The position numbers and the translations under genes were made by a program. A stretch of 62,857 bases of DNA, counting the filler. It is 6 parts of 6 records of this genome, joined end to end, with 100 filler letters (N's around TTAATTAATTAA, not from the genome) between each part and the next. Parts side by side here need not be neighbours in the genome. Positions count along the whole stretch, not along the records: positions 1 to 19,881 come from DRR723986_3121; 5 more parts are not named here. One strand, 5' to 3'. Under the pieces are notes generated by a model that had not been told where the DNA came from, ran no database searches, and was given only the letters and a program-made list of their open reading frames with translations. Numbering within the stretch: the first letter of the stretch is position 1; each line of letters opens with the position of its first letter. This document shows positions 8,024 through 18,353 of the stretch, piece after piece.

Positions 8024-9037
8024 TTACGCCCGGTAATAGTCCCGGTACCATTCGACGAACCTGGCAACGCCTTCCTGCACTGTGGTCTTCGGTCGGTACC
8101 CCGTAAGGCTTTGCAGCAGATCCGCATTGGCCCAGGTCGCCGGAACATCGCCGGCCTGGATCGGCATGAGATTGCGTTCGGCGGTCCGGCCCGTAGCTGC
8201 CTCAATGGCTTCGATGAACTCGGTCAGCTGAACGCAGGTCGAATTGCCGATGTTGACCACTCGCCAGGGAGCAACCGGCGAAAGGCTGTCGCCTTCCTTC
8301 ACCCCTTCTCCCTCTGCCGGGCGAACAGGCACTGCGTCCATCAGCAGCCGGATGCCTTCGACGAGATCTTCCACATAGGTGAAGTCTCGTTTCATGTCGC
8401 CGTAGTTATAGACGTCGATCGGCTTGCCTTCGAGGATCGCCTTGGTGAACTTGAAGAGAGCCATGTCGGGCCGTCCCCAGGGCCCGTAGACGGTGAAGAA
8501 GCGGAACATCGTCACCGGAAGGTCGTAGAGATGTGCATAGGAATGCGCCATCGACTCTGTTGCCTTCTTGGTCGCCGCGTAGAACGACATCTGGTGGTCG
8601 GCCTTGTCGGTCTCCGCATAGGGCATTTCGGTGTTGGCGCCATAGGCGGACGACGTGGACGCCAGCAGCATGTGTTCCGGCGGAAAGGCCCTGGCTGCCT
8701 CGAGCAGCTCGAACGTTCCGCAGATATTGCTTTCCAGGTAGGAGCGCGGCGCTTCGATGGAATAGCGGACACCGGCCTGCGCTGCCAGATGAATGACAAA
8801 ATCCGGCCGCTCGGTACGGAACAGGGACATCAGCAGGTCCGGCGCCTCAACGCGGTCGTTCACCGGCTTGAAATGCTCGTTCTGCATCAGCATCTGCTGC
8901 CGGCGTTCCTTCAGGCGGACATCATAGTAATCCGTCATGGCATCGAGGCCGATCACCCGAAAGCCGTCCTTCAGCAGTCGGGTACACAGGTAAAAGCCAA
9001 TAAACCCCGCAGAGCCGGTCACCAGAACGGTTTTCAT
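8024..9037 (-). CDS. NAD-dependent epimerase (UDP-glucuronate 4-epimerase, CapI/LpsL-like)
   Basis: TGSAGFIG, HLAAQAGVRYS, YAATKK and RFFTVYGPWGRPDMA. Confidence 0.92.
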   Translation of the reverse strand: MKTVLVTGSAGFIGFYLCTRLLKDGFRVIGLDAMTDYYDVRLKERRQQMLMQNEHFKPVNDRVEAPDLLMSLFRTERPDFVIHLAAQAGVRYSIEAPRSYLESNICGTFELLEAARAFPPEHMLLASTSSAYGANTEMPYAETDKADHQMSFYAATKKATESMAHSYAHLYDLPVTMFRFFTVYGPWGRPDMALFKFTKAILEGKPIDVYNYGDMKRDFTYVEDLVEGIRLLMDAVPVRPAEGEGVKEGDSLSPVAPWRVVNIGNSTCVQLTEFIEAIEAATGRTAERNLMPIQAGDVPATWANADLLQSLTGYRPKTTVQEGVARFVEWYRDYYRA

Positions 9038-9400
9038 GATTTGCCCAAAGCCTTTCGATCAAAAATTCATTTTACAAAACGCGTAAGTAGGTCAGCCAAG
9101 TTATTAAAAGGCTTCGAAGGTTCGGGCAATGGCGAAGTCTGCCCGAACCATCTTGGCCACCTGGAACCGCGTCACTTACAGACACCACAACACCTAGTAC
9201 AAAATGGATTACCGCGGCGTGACACGCCCACAGAGCTTCTGAAAAACGACCGGTTCCCGAACGAAATTCCAGCTCGTCTGGCCGGCATATCGTATCGGTC
9301 CCACAAACGAAAAAGCCACCCGCGTCCTTGCAACGCGGATGGCTGTATTTCAGATGCCTGTGCAGGTCATCAGCCTGGCAAGGTCACCTTCGGCGTCTTG

Positions 9401-11335
9401 TCAGATGCCGCCGCCGTCGGCGGAGAAGCTGTTCAGGAACCCGCGCTTGCGCAGATACTCAACGATCTCCTCGGCAACTTCTTCCGGTTCCCGGCCGACG
9501 TTGCGAATATGAAGTTCCGGATTTTCCGGCGCTTCATAGGGGCTGTCGATACCGGTGAAGTTCTTGATCTCGCCCCGGTCGGCCTTGGCATAAAGGCCCT
9601 TCGGGTCGCGTTTGCGGCATTCCTCGATGGGCGTATCGACAAAGACCTCGATGAACTCACCGTCTTCCAGGAGATCGCGCGCCATCTGCCGCTCCGAGCG
9701 GAACGGCGAGATGAAAGATACCAGCGTGATCATGCCCGCATCCGCAAAGAGCTTGGCCACCTCGCCGACACGGCGGATGTTTTCCACCCGGTCGGCATCG
9801 GTAAAGCCAAGATCCTTGTTGAGCCCGTGACGGACGTTGTCGCCGTCGAGCGTATAGGTGTGCCGCCCGTCGACATGCAGTTTCTTTTCGACGATCGACG
9901 CGATGGTCGACTTGCCGGACCCGGAGAGGCCGGTGAACCAAAGGACTGCCGGCTTCTGACCGAGTTTTTCAGACCGGGCGTTCTTGTCGACGTCGAGGGC
10001 CTGCCAGTGAATGTTGCTTGCCCGGCGCAGCGCGAACCAGACCATGCCCGCACCAACCGTCGAGTTGCTCATCCGGTCGATCAGGATGAAGGAACCGGTT
10101 GTGTGGTTGGCCTCATAAGGATCGAACGGCACCGCGGAGGACAGTGAGAAATTGCAGAACGCGATTTCATTCAATGCCAGCGTCTTGCCGGCCACATGCT
10201 CGAACGTATTGACGTTGATCTTGTGCTTGATCTCGGAGACCGTCGCCGTCACCGTGCGAGTGCCGATCTTCATCAGATAGGGCCTGCCCGGCAGCAACGG
10301 CTCGTCCGACATCCAGATGACATGGGCGGCAAACTGGTCGGCAACATCCGGGCGATGTGCGGTCGATGTCAGAAGATCGCCGCGGGAGATGTCGATTTCA
10401 TCTTCCAGCGAAATGGTGACTGCCTCGCCGGCCCGGGCGGAGCTGACTTCACCGCTTGCGCCGATGATCGACTTTACTTTGGACTGCTTTGCCGGACCGG
10501 CAACCACCAGTTCGTCGCCAACCGACACCTGGCCGCTGGCCACCGTACCGGAATAGCCGCGGAAATCGAGGTTGGGCCGGTTGACCCACTGCACCGGGAA
10601 GCGAAACGGGGCTTCCAGCACATGTTCGCCCACCTGAACCGTCTCCAGGTGCTCCAGAAGGGTCGGTCCGGAATACCAGTCCATCTTGTCGCTGCGCCCG
10701 GTGACGTTGTCGCCATAGCGCGCCGACATCGGAATTGCCTGCAGGGTTTCGAAATCGAAGCCGTTGGCAAAGACCTCGAATTCCTTGCGGATTTCCTCAA
10801 ATCGTTCCTGGGAATAGCCGACAAGGTCGATCTTGTTGATGGCCAGCACAACGTGGCGGATGCCCAGCAGCGACGCGATGAAGGCGTGGCGACGGGTCTG
10901 GACCATCAGGCCGTTGCGGGCATCAACCAGCAGCACGGCAAGGTCGGCGGTGGAAGCGCCGGTGGCCATGTTGCGGGTGTATTGTTCGTGGCCCGGGGTA
11001 TCGGCAACGATGAACTTGCGCTTTTCGGTCGCAAAGAACCGGTAGGCAACGTCGATGGTGATGCCCTGCTCGCGCTCTGCCTCAAGACCGTCGACCAGCA
11101 GCGCCAGATCGATGTCCTCTCCCACGGTGCCATGCTTTCTGGAATCGCGTTCCAGCGCGGCCAACTGGTCTTCGAAGATCAGCTTGGTGTCGTAAAGCAG
11201 GCGGCCGATCAGGGTCGACTTGCCATCGTCAACGGAACCGCAGGTCAGGAAGCGGAGCTGGTCCTTGCTTTCCTGTGCCAGGATATAGTCGGTGACGGCT
11301 GTCTCTGCAGCTTCCTGTATGTTCTCGATCGTCAT
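9401..11335 (-). CDS. cysNC: Bifunctional sulfate adenylyltransferase subunit 1 / APS kinase (CysNC, NodQ-like)
   Basis: [38 protein letters not shown], then kinase domain [12 protein letters not shown]...DGDNVRHGL. Confidence 0.95.
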   Translation of the reverse strand: MTIENIQEAAETAVTDYILAQESKDQLRFLTCGSVDDGKSTLIGRLLYDTKLIFEDQLAALERDSRKHGTVGEDIDLALLVDGLEAEREQGITIDVAYRFFATEKRKFIVADTPGHEQYTRNMATGASTADLAVLLVDARNGLMVQTRRHAFIASLLGIRHVVLAINKIDLVGYSQERFEEIRKEFEVFANGFDFETLQAIPMSARYGDNVTGRSDKMDWYSGPTLLEHLETVQVGEHVLEAPFRFPVQWVNRPNLDFRGYSGTVASGQVSVGDELVVAGPAKQSKVKSIIGASGEVSSARAGEAVTISLEDEIDISRGDLLTSTAHRPDVADQFAAHVIWMSDEPLLPGRPYLMKIGTRTVTATVSEIKHKINVNTFEHVAGKTLALNEIAFCNFSLSSAVPFDPYEANHTTGSFILIDRMSNSTVGAGMVWFALRRASNIHWQALDVDKNARSEKLGQKPAVLWFTGLSGSGKSTIASIVEKKLHVDGRHTYTLDGDNVRHGLNKDLGFTDADRVENIRRVGEVAKLFADAGMITLVSFISPFRSERQMARDLLEDGEFIEVFVDTPIEECRKRDPKGLYAKADRGEIKNFTGIDSPYEAPENPELHIRNVGREPEEVAEEIVEYLRKRGFLNSFSADGGGI

Positions 11336-11336
11336 C

Positions 11337-12266
11337 TTAGAAATATCCTTCCCGCTTCTTCTTCTCCATCGACGCACTTTCATCCTTGTCGATGAGGCGG
11401 CCCTGGCGTTCGGATGTACGGGCAATCAGCATTTCGCGGACAATGGCGGGCAGCGTATCGGCATCCGATTCAATGGCGCCGGTCAGCGGGTAGCAGCCGA
11501 GCGTGCGGAAGCGGACCATCTTTTCCTCGATCTCTTCGCCGGGCTGCAGTTTCATGCGGTCGTCGTCGACCATGATCAGCATGCCGTCGCGGTTCACGAC
11601 CGGGCGCTTTGCAGCGAAATAGAGCGGCACCATCGGGATGTCTTCCGTCAGGATGTACTGCCAGATATCCAGCTCGGTCCAGTTGGACAGCGGAAACGCA
11701 CGGATGCTCTCGCCCTTTGCCACACGGGCATTGTAGAGGTTCCACAGTTCCGGCCGCTGGTTCTTGGGGTCCCAGCCGTGATTGGAATTGCGGAAGGAGA
11801 AGACGCGCTCCTTGGCGCGCGACTTTTCCTCGTCCCGGCGCGCGCCGCCGAAGGCGGCATCGAAGCCGTATTTGTTCAGTGCCTGTTTCAGCGCCTCGGT
11901 CTTCATGATGTGCGTATGAACCGAGGAGCCGTGGGAAAACGGGCCGATATTCTTTTCAAGCCCTTCCGGGTTGGTATGGACGATCAGGTCCATGCCGAGA
12001 CGCGCGGCGGTCTCGTCACGGAAGGTGATCATGTCCCGGAATTTCCAGGTCGTATCCACATGCAGCAGCGGAAACGGCGGCTTGGACGGATAGAATGCCT
12101 TCATCGCCAGGTGCAGCATGACGCCGGAGTCCTTGCCGATGGAATAGAGCATCACCGGATTGGAGAATTCGGCCGCGACTTCGCGGATGATGTGGATGCT
12201 TTCTGCTTCCAGCCGCTTCAGATTGCTGAGGCGCTCGGGCGAGATCCCGTGAGATTGCATGTTCAT
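11337..12266 (-). CDS. cysD: Sulfate adenylyltransferase subunit 2 (CysD, NodP-like)
   Basis: [46 protein letters not shown] and C-terminal KKREGYF; start codon approximate. Confidence 0.95.
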   Translation of the reverse strand: MNMQSHGISPERLSNLKRLEAESIHIIREVAAEFSNPVMLYSIGKDSGVMLHLAMKAFYPSKPPFPLLHVDTTWKFRDMITFRDETAARLGMDLIVHTNPEGLEKNIGPFSHGSSVHTHIMKTEALKQALNKYGFDAAFGGARRDEEKSRAKERVFSFRNSNHGWDPKNQRPELWNLYNARVAKGESIRAFPLSNWTELDIWQYILTEDIPMVPLYFAAKRPVVNRDGMLIMVDDDRMKLQPGEEIEEKMVRFRTLGCYPLTGAIESDADTLPAIVREMLIARTSERQGRLIDKDESASMEKKKREGYF

Positions 12267-12347
12267 GTTCGCTTTTCCGTTTGGCCGGCGAACCGGCCGT
12301 ATCAATCGTTCGGCACGGGCCAACTGCCCGCGCAATTTTGCAAATCG

Positions 12348-13190
12348 TCAGGCAGCGGGCGCGACATCCCGCAGGAGGTTCCTGCACCCGGCTGCCAGAA
12401 AAAACGGGTTCCGCAGATCGTCCTTGCGGGCGTTTTCCGGCACCCGGTAGACAAAGTCCTCGCCGGTTGAAGCCAGAACGACCGCCCCGCCGGCGGCGCG
12501 TACAACTGCATCGCCGGCGGCAATGTCCCATTGCATCGTGGGCGCAAGACGGGGATAGAAATCGGCCCGGCCGGCAGCCACCCAGCACAGCTTCAGCGAC
12601 GAGCCGACGTTAAGCTGCTCGGCGACACTCAGCCGTGAAATCAGGGCAGAGGTTTCTTCCGAAAGATGAGAGCGGCTGGCGAGTACGCTGATGCCGTCCA
12701 CCGGCGGCGTGCGAACGGAGATAGGCGCAACATCGCTGATGCCGCCGTTCGCGATGGTTCCCTTGAAGGCCCTGGTTTCGGTTTTGCCGTTGTCCCGGAA
12801 TTCCCCACCCCAATAGATCTCTTCGAGGGCTGGTGCGGAAACCACGCCGAACACCGGGCGGCCATCCTCGATCAGGGCGATGTTGACGGTGAACTCGCCG
12901 TTCTTCTTCAGGAATTCCTTGGTTCCGTCGAGCGGGTCGACCAGGAAGTACCGCGCACCTGCCGCAGGCAGCTTGCCGGCTTCGACCGCTTCTTCGGCCA
13001 CCACCGGAATGTCGGGGAATTTTTCCGCAAGGCCCGCAAGAATGATTTCCTCGGCTGCCGCGTCGGCCTTGGTCACCGGAGACCCGTCGACCTTGTTCTC
13101 GACCTCGAAAGGTTCCGCGTAGATTTTGAGGATTTCCTCTCCGGCCCTCAGGGCCAGCCGGTTCAAGAAAGATATCTGGTCTTCAGTCAT
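12348..13190 (-). CDS. cysQ: 3'(2'),5'-bisphosphate nucleotidase CysQ
   Basis: SPVTKAD, LVDPLDGTKEF, GSSLK and WDIAAG inositol-monophosphatase-family motifs. Confidence 0.93.
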   Translation of the reverse strand: MTEDQISFLNRLALRAGEEILKIYAEPFEVENKVDGSPVTKADAAAEEIILAGLAEKFPDIPVVAEEAVEAGKLPAAGARYFLVDPLDGTKEFLKKNGEFTVNIALIEDGRPVFGVVSAPALEEIYWGGEFRDNGKTETRAFKGTIANGGISDVAPISVRTPPVDGISVLASRSHLSEETSALISRLSVAEQLNVGSSLKLCWVAAGRADFYPRLAPTMQWDIAAGDAVVRAAGGAVVLASTGEDFVYRVPENARKDDLRNPFFLAAGCRNLLRDVAPAA

Positions 13191-13495
13191 CGATGCCTCA
13201 ATTCGCGCCGGGAAATATTGCCCCCCGCGCTGTCCGCCCGCGTGGCTGTCCCGTAAATAGAAAGGTACAGTGTATCAATTCAAGGAATGGTGTTCCACGT
13301 TTTCGCCTGAATACAAAAAGCTCAGGTTTCTCTGACCCTCGCAAGGGAGCTTTTGTTGCTCCCAACATGGTCCTATGCAGGGCTTTACCTGACTGATCCA
13401 TACGTGGATTCACCGATTGGCAAGGGCTTTGCGCCTAAACTTACCCCAAATGGGGGTTAAAGTGCCCTTGGACACCATGAGAATGCGAGAAACCC

Positions 13496-14005
13496 ATGTC
13501 GGACGCCAAACCATTTCCGCACGCACCTGCGGATGAGAGCGCCAGCGAACAGATGCCGCGGGAGCGGCGGGCACGCGTGTTCAAGAAAGGCAAGATGGTC
13601 TTTCAAAACGGGCTGAGATCCATTCCCTGCATGGTGCGCAACATCTCCGAAGGCGGCGCTTTGCTGGAATTCGAGCAGGCCTACATGCTGCCCAAGGAAT
13701 TCGACCTTCATATCGACCTGGAAGACTATGAAGTCACCTGCGAACGCCGCTGGGAGGAAGGACTTCGCTGCGGCGTCCAGTTCATCGGCGAGAAAAGGCA
13801 TGTGGCCGCACAGCGCGCGCAAGTGCTGAAAAGCTCCGAAGAAGCGCTGAGAAGCGAACTCGATGAGCGCCGCGACAGCCCGGACAACTTTTTCCAGCGC
13901 CGCCACCAGGACGAACCACATGCTGACGAGCGCACCTCCGTGCGTCGCAACCGGCAGGACGCAAGTGCCGGCGCCGGCAAGCCGACCTTCGGCAAGAGGC
14001 GCTGA
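13496..14005 (+). CDS. PilZ-domain protein
   Basis: RERRAR (RxxxR) and NISEGG ([DN]xSxxG) c-di-GMP motifs; C-terminal FGKRR tail. Confidence 0.8.
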   Translation: MSDAKPFPHAPADESASEQMPRERRARVFKKGKMVFQNGLRSIPCMVRNISEGGALLEFEQAYMLPKEFDLHIDLEDYEVTCERRWEEGLRCGVQFIGEKRHVAAQRAQVLKSSEEALRSELDERRDSPDNFFQRRHQDEPHADERTSVRRNRQDASAGAGKPTFGKRR

Positions 14006-14193
14006 TACGCTGCGCGCGGCGAAATACGTCAGATACCCCTCCTCTTCGCGGTGTTCGACAGCCAGCCAGAAAGTGCACCCTGCCCCCAAGGCAGAATGCC
14101 GGCTTCCACGCCAGCCTCAAAATTCCTGGATATGATCCGACTTCCCGTCGTACCCTTTGAAGACCACGCCAAGGCGTGTTTCGAACCAGGATC

Positions 14194-14745
14194 ATGACCA
14201 GGAAACAGCCCGTGGCGACCCCCCTCTACGACATGAGCGTGCCAACCTTCCTGCAAACGGCACGCGCTGTCAGCGGGTTTCTTCAAAAGGCGGCAATCCA
14301 TTGCCAGCAGACAGGCACCGATCCGGGCGACTTCGCGACCGCGCGGCTTTATCCGGACATGGCTCAGTTCTGGTTTCAGATCGAGTGCGTCGACAATTTT
14401 TCCGTCTGGGGCCTGGAAGCAATGAGAACGGGTGCCTTCACCCCGCCGCCGCTTGTCGGACCAGCTCCATATGCAGATCTGCAGGACCGGATCGCGCAGA
14501 CAGTGACACGTTTGCAGGCCTATACGCCTGCCGAGGTAAACGACTGGTCGGGCCGGCCTCTCGACCTTGATCTGGTTCACATCAGCCCACGGCCGATGCC
14601 CCTGACATCGGAGACCTTTCTCCTGTCCTTCCTGCTGCCGAACTTTCATTTCCACGCTGTCACCGCCTACGACATCCTGCGCACGCGCGGCGTGCCCATC
14701 GGCAAGCGCGACTATGAGGGTCAGTTGCGTACGAGGCCGGACTGA
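14194..14745 (+). CDS. DUF1993-family protein
   Basis: ARLYPDM and LPNFHFHAVTAYDILRTRGVPIGKRDY motifs; start approximate. Confidence 0.85.
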   Translation: MTRKQPVATPLYDMSVPTFLQTARAVSGFLQKAAIHCQQTGTDPGDFATARLYPDMAQFWFQIECVDNFSVWGLEAMRTGAFTPPPLVGPAPYADLQDRIAQTVTRLQAYTPAEVNDWSGRPLDLDLVHISPRPMPLTSETFLLSFLLPNFHFHAVTAYDILRTRGVPIGKRDYEGQLRTRPD

Positions 14746-14920
14746 CGGCCCTCACCCTCCCCCTCACCCTCACCGGCAGAAACGGACGGGCTCGCCAACT
14801 GGAAAGCCGCGCAGGCCATTCATCCAGTTTCGGGGCCGTTTTCAAGACACCTGCGCAAACAGATATGGCCCACCGGGCAAAACCCGGCAGGCCATATCGT
14901 CAGCAGAGGTTCAAAACCTC

Positions 14921-15517
14921 TCAGGCCGCCTGGCGTTCACGCTCCAGCGTCCGCACGGTGGCCGGGCGTTCGCTGCACCGCTTCACCCAGTCACGGATCG
15001 CCGCGTTGTCCGGCAACATGTCCGGCAGCCACAGGAACGGACCGCTGCACAACAGGTCGACGGCGGAATAGGTTTCGCCAAGCAGGTAAGGCTGCTTTTC
15101 CAGCGTTTCCGCCAGCCGCGCGACCATCGTGTCGAAATCGCGCAGGCTCGCCTCCACGGCCGGATGCGTAAACTGGGCGAATTTCAGGATGATGACCGGC
15201 TCCATCACGCCCTGATAGTAGAACAGCCAGGACAGATACTCTCCGCGCCCCGGCTGGCCTTCGATCGGCCCCAGCCCGGCTTCGGGAAACTTGTCGGTAA
15301 GATAAAGCATGATCGCACCGCGCTCGCGGATCCCCTCGGCACCATCGACCAGGTAGGGCACCTTCTTTTCCGGATGCGGGTTGGATGCATCCGGCCCGCC
15401 CGAGCCATCCTGCCGGCGAACCGTCACTTCCTTCACCTCGACGTCGGCTCCCAGCTCTTCGATCAGGGTCACGATCGCCGAAGACCGGCTGTTGGGAGAA
15501 TGGTAAAGCGTCAACAT
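14921..15517 (-). CDS. Glutathione S-transferase family protein
   Basis: MLTLYHSPNSRS, HPEKKVPYLVD, ERGAI and YLLGETYSAVD; GGAG RBS. Confidence 0.88.
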   Translation of the reverse strand: MLTLYHSPNSRSSAIVTLIEELGADVEVKEVTVRRQDGSGGPDASNPHPEKKVPYLVDGAEGIRERGAIMLYLTDKFPEAGLGPIEGQPGRGEYLSWLFYYQGVMEPVIILKFAQFTHPAVEASLRDFDTMVARLAETLEKQPYLLGETYSAVDLLCSGPFLWLPDMLPDNAAIRDWVKRCSERPATVRTLERERQAA

Positions 15518-15589
15518 GGGAAAGCTCCTTTTCTTTGTGACGCCAGAGGTATAGCTTCCCCCTGCTGACAATTTACGGCAGGAGCAAAA

Positions 15590-16309
15590 ATGGCCCGCAT
15601 GGACAGGCTGATGCGCCTGATGGATACCCTCAGGCGCCTTCCCCAACCGGTCACCGCCGCGCGCCTTTCCGAAGAGACCGGCGTTTCCCTGCGCCAGCTC
15701 TACCGCGACATCGCGACCTTGCGTGCGGGCGGCGCCCTGATCGACGGGGCCGCGGGCGTCGGCTACACCCTGACGGAAGATCCCGTGCTGCCGCCGCAGA
15801 GTTTCTCCCGGCTTGAAATCGAGGCGCTGATGCTGGCGCAAAGCGGGCTGGACCAGATCGGCGACGAGACACTGAAAAAGGCCGGCCGCAACGCCATGGC
15901 CCGCATCATCGCCACCCTGCCCGACCGGCAGGCGCGCCAGGCCATGCACACGGTGATGCGCAGCTGGCGGCAGCCGGACAAGCGCCCGCCGGTGACAGTG
16001 GATCTCGACCTGTTGCGTGAGGCCTGCTGGGAGGAATTCAGCGTGATCATCACCTATCGTGACCTGCAGGAGCGGACGACCACAAGGGAAATCTGGCCGA
16101 TGGGCCTGTCCTACAGCGAAACCTCGCTGCTGCTGCTCGCCCATTGCCGCCTGCGGCAAGACTACCGCCACTTCCACGTCAGCCGGATCACCTCACTGGC
16201 GCCCGGCACCGAAAGCTTCCGCCCCAACCGGGTGGCCCTGCTGCGCGACTACATCCAGCAACGGGGATATGACCGGAACAGGTCACCTCGGCGCGGTGAA
16301 GTTGGGTAG
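15590..16309 (+). CDS. HTH-WYL domain transcriptional regulator (YafY family)
   Basis: VSLRQLYRDIATL HTH, GAAGVGY and AHCRLRQDYRHFHVSRI WYL-type motif. Confidence 0.9.
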   Translation: MARMDRLMRLMDTLRRLPQPVTAARLSEETGVSLRQLYRDIATLRAGGALIDGAAGVGYTLTEDPVLPPQSFSRLEIEALMLAQSGLDQIGDETLKKAGRNAMARIIATLPDRQARQAMHTVMRSWRQPDKRPPVTVDLDLLREACWEEFSVIITYRDLQERTTTREIWPMGLSYSETSLLLLAHCRLRQDYRHFHVSRITSLAPGTESFRPNRVALLRDYIQQRGYDRNRSPRRGEVG

Positions 16310-16381
16310 CAGGAGAGCTTGGAATAAGGTTGTTTCAAGATGCGGAGTTTTCGGGGTAGCTGGTCACAGGCGACGAAGTGA

Positions 16382-17128
16382 TCACGATACTTTCGGTTCA
16401 TCCTTGATAAGGAAGAGATCATCCCGGAAAAGGGATTTCAGTTCAGCGCGACGTTTCGAGAACCTGTCAAAGTCATTGACCACATCGTTGATATCTTCCG
16501 TAACCTGTACCAGGTACCCTCCTCCGATCCTCTGCACGGGAAACCCAGCAGCAGAGATCGCAGCCTCGTCAACTTCATGAACGAACCTACGACCATAGAA
16601 CATTCCCCACCCGATGTTGGGGATCTTCGCATCCACAATTGTAAAGGAGCGGAAGTAACTTTCTGGCGTGTTGGATTGGGCTGGTTCGTTATCGAACGAT
16701 GTAAAGCAATGGAGCATTGCTAAATCGGCATTCATTACTTCGCATATACGCGCTCCCAAATGACGCCAATCCGTTTTTTTGTGCAGTGGTGCATAAACGC
16801 TTAAACGCCCATCAAGAGTGTTTCCTCTTGCATCTTTGCGAGTATGATTAATTTCAGCTTCATATTTCGCGACCTTATTACGTTTCCAGCGAAGGCCAAT
16901 CGAAAATTCCGACAAAACCCCGTTTACCCGCATTTGAGCAACCTGTGCCCAGTAGGGTTCAACTTGTTCGACAGAAATGAATGGGCCTATTTTGTCGTCC
17001 CAATGAAAGAGGACTTCTGGGATAAGTTGTGTCCCAGTCTCTTCGAAAGCCGCCAGAACCTGCTTGCCCAAGGACCAATCAGTCGTCGGCTCCGAGCTGA
17101 TCGCGAAAAATTTTATCTCCGATGGCAT
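16382..17128 (-). CDS. Putative polymorphic-toxin immunity protein (Imm52-like), with IS-derived N-terminus
   Basis: C-terminal IPNIGWGMFYG...FPVQRIGGGYLVQVTED pattern resembles Imm52-type proteins; lower GC than the flank; family call from recall only. Confidence 0.5.
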   Translation of the reverse strand: MPSEIKFFAISSEPTTDWSLGKQVLAAFEETGTQLIPEVLFHWDDKIGPFISVEQVEPYWAQVAQMRVNGVLSEFSIGLRWKRNKVAKYEAEINHTRKDARGNTLDGRLSVYAPLHKKTDWRHLGARICEVMNADLAMLHCFTSFDNEPAQSNTPESYFRSFTIVDAKIPNIGWGMFYGRRFVHEVDEAAISAAGFPVQRIGGGYLVQVTEDINDVVNDFDRFSKRRAELKSLFRDDLFLIKDEPKVS

Positions 17129-17352
17129 CAGAACCGCATACTTCTTGCTTCAGTTGAAATAGGTCGCCTGGCTGATCCCGGCTTCCCAACAAATCTCAGC
17201 CACAGGGCCTCCTTTTTCCCCGAGCTCTACGAAGAACGCCTTCTGCGCGTCCGAAAACTTCGATGCATTCATCAATTCCATTCCTTCCCAGCTAGGAAAA
17301 TCGTCGCGGAAAACTCCAACCCAAATCGAGGGTGTTTAACGGGAGCACATCA
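17115..17352 (-). mobile_element. IS3-family remnant: left end plus decayed orfA
   Basis: Minus strand begins TGATGTGCTCCC (IRL) and from ATG 17272 encodes MNASKFSDAQKAF..[frameshift]..PVAEICWEAGISQATYFN*SKKYAVLMPSE. Confidence 0.85.
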
Positions 17353-17356
17353 GACT

Positions 17357-17776
17357 TCAGATGTAGTCGCCAAGTTTGATTGCTTTGAGGAGGTCCGGCC
17401 ATTTTCCTAAGATACGAATATCGTTTTCACCGCCTATATCGGGAGCCGATAGAAATAAAACTTCACCATCTCTTACAAAAAAACCGAACTGTGTTCCGCC
17501 TCCGTCTGACGCAAAAAAGTGATACTCTTCAGGATAGGCAAGAAAATTTGGCTCTTTAAACTTCGATATTTCTTGCCTTGTCCAGACTGCGAAGTACCCT
17601 TCGCCCAGCCAACCCTCAGCGCCGGAGTAATTCCTATAAAATTGGTTAAGTACAAAGTCTTCCCCAAGCTCTGGCCACACATCTGCTGCCAGTCCACCAT
17701 TTTGTTCAGGGCGTTTGTTGGGAATTACATCAAAGCTGTTCATTGCTGCAAGTCTCTTTGCAAACGATTCCACCAA
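17357..17776 (-). CDS. SMI1/KNR4 (SUKH) family immunity protein
   Basis: FYRNYSGAEG...YFAVW...FFASDGGGTQFGF SUKH-type motif; AT-rich. Confidence 0.7.
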   Translation of the reverse strand: MVESFAKRLAAMNSFDVIPNKRPEQNGGLAADVWPELGEDFVLNQFYRNYSGAEGWLGEGYFAVWTRQEISKFKEPNFLAYPEEYHFFASDGGGTQFGFFVRDGEVLFLSAPDIGGENDIRILGKWPDLLKAIKLGDYI

Positions 17777-17784
17777 GGTGTTAC

Positions 17785-18270
17785 TGACCTGCTCCCCCGA
17801 TTGTCCGCGTTCATAAGTTAGCTCTGTTCACGGTGTGATCTTTGCTGGACTGGTTTGCAAATCCATGGGGAGTGAGACCGTCGAGGCTCGTATGCGGTCG
17901 TTCCAGATTGTAGTCGATCTTCCAGTTTTCGATAATGTCCCGGGCGTGTCGGTAGCTGCGGAACAGATATTTCGTTGAGACATTCATCCCTTAGCCGACC
18001 GTTGAAGCTCTCGACAAAACCATTTTGCATCGGTTTTCCTGGCGCGATGTAGTGCCATTCGACGCTGCGGTCCTGCTGCCATTTGAGAATGGCGTTTCAA
18101 GTGAGTTCCGTACCATTGTCGCTGACCACCATTAAGGGATAGCGAGTGCGGCGCTCAGCGATCCCGCCCAGGTCCCGTGCGGCCCGGGACCCGGAGATCG
18201 AGTTGTCGACGACAGTTCCCAGACATTCCCGGCTGAAGTCGTCACAGCAAATATTTTGAAGTCCTTACAG
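17785..18270 (-). mobile_element. IS3-family remnant: decayed orfB integrase core plus right end
   Basis: DDFSRECL..VVSDNGTELT*..WHYIAPGKPMQNGFVESFNGRLRDECLNE..RPHTSL with stop and frameshift, ending in GGGGAGCAGGTCA (IRR) at 17785. Confidence 0.88.
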
Positions 18271-18353
18271 ATTCTACCTAAAATACATATCCAGCCGAAC
18301 GGCAGCATTCTGTTTTGAAATATTGTAAATAAACACAAAAAAATTTAAACACA

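Noticed and set aside
8111-10147. 678-aa + strand ORF (similarly 923-2137, 2990-3895, 10196-11395, 11292-12470, 33206-35632)
   Set aside because: Antisense shadows of well-supported genes in GC-rich DNA; no recognisable motifs.
14748-14775. CCCTCACCCTCC low-complexity repeat after the DUF1993 gene
   Set aside because: Too short, and without a partner inverted repeat to call an element.
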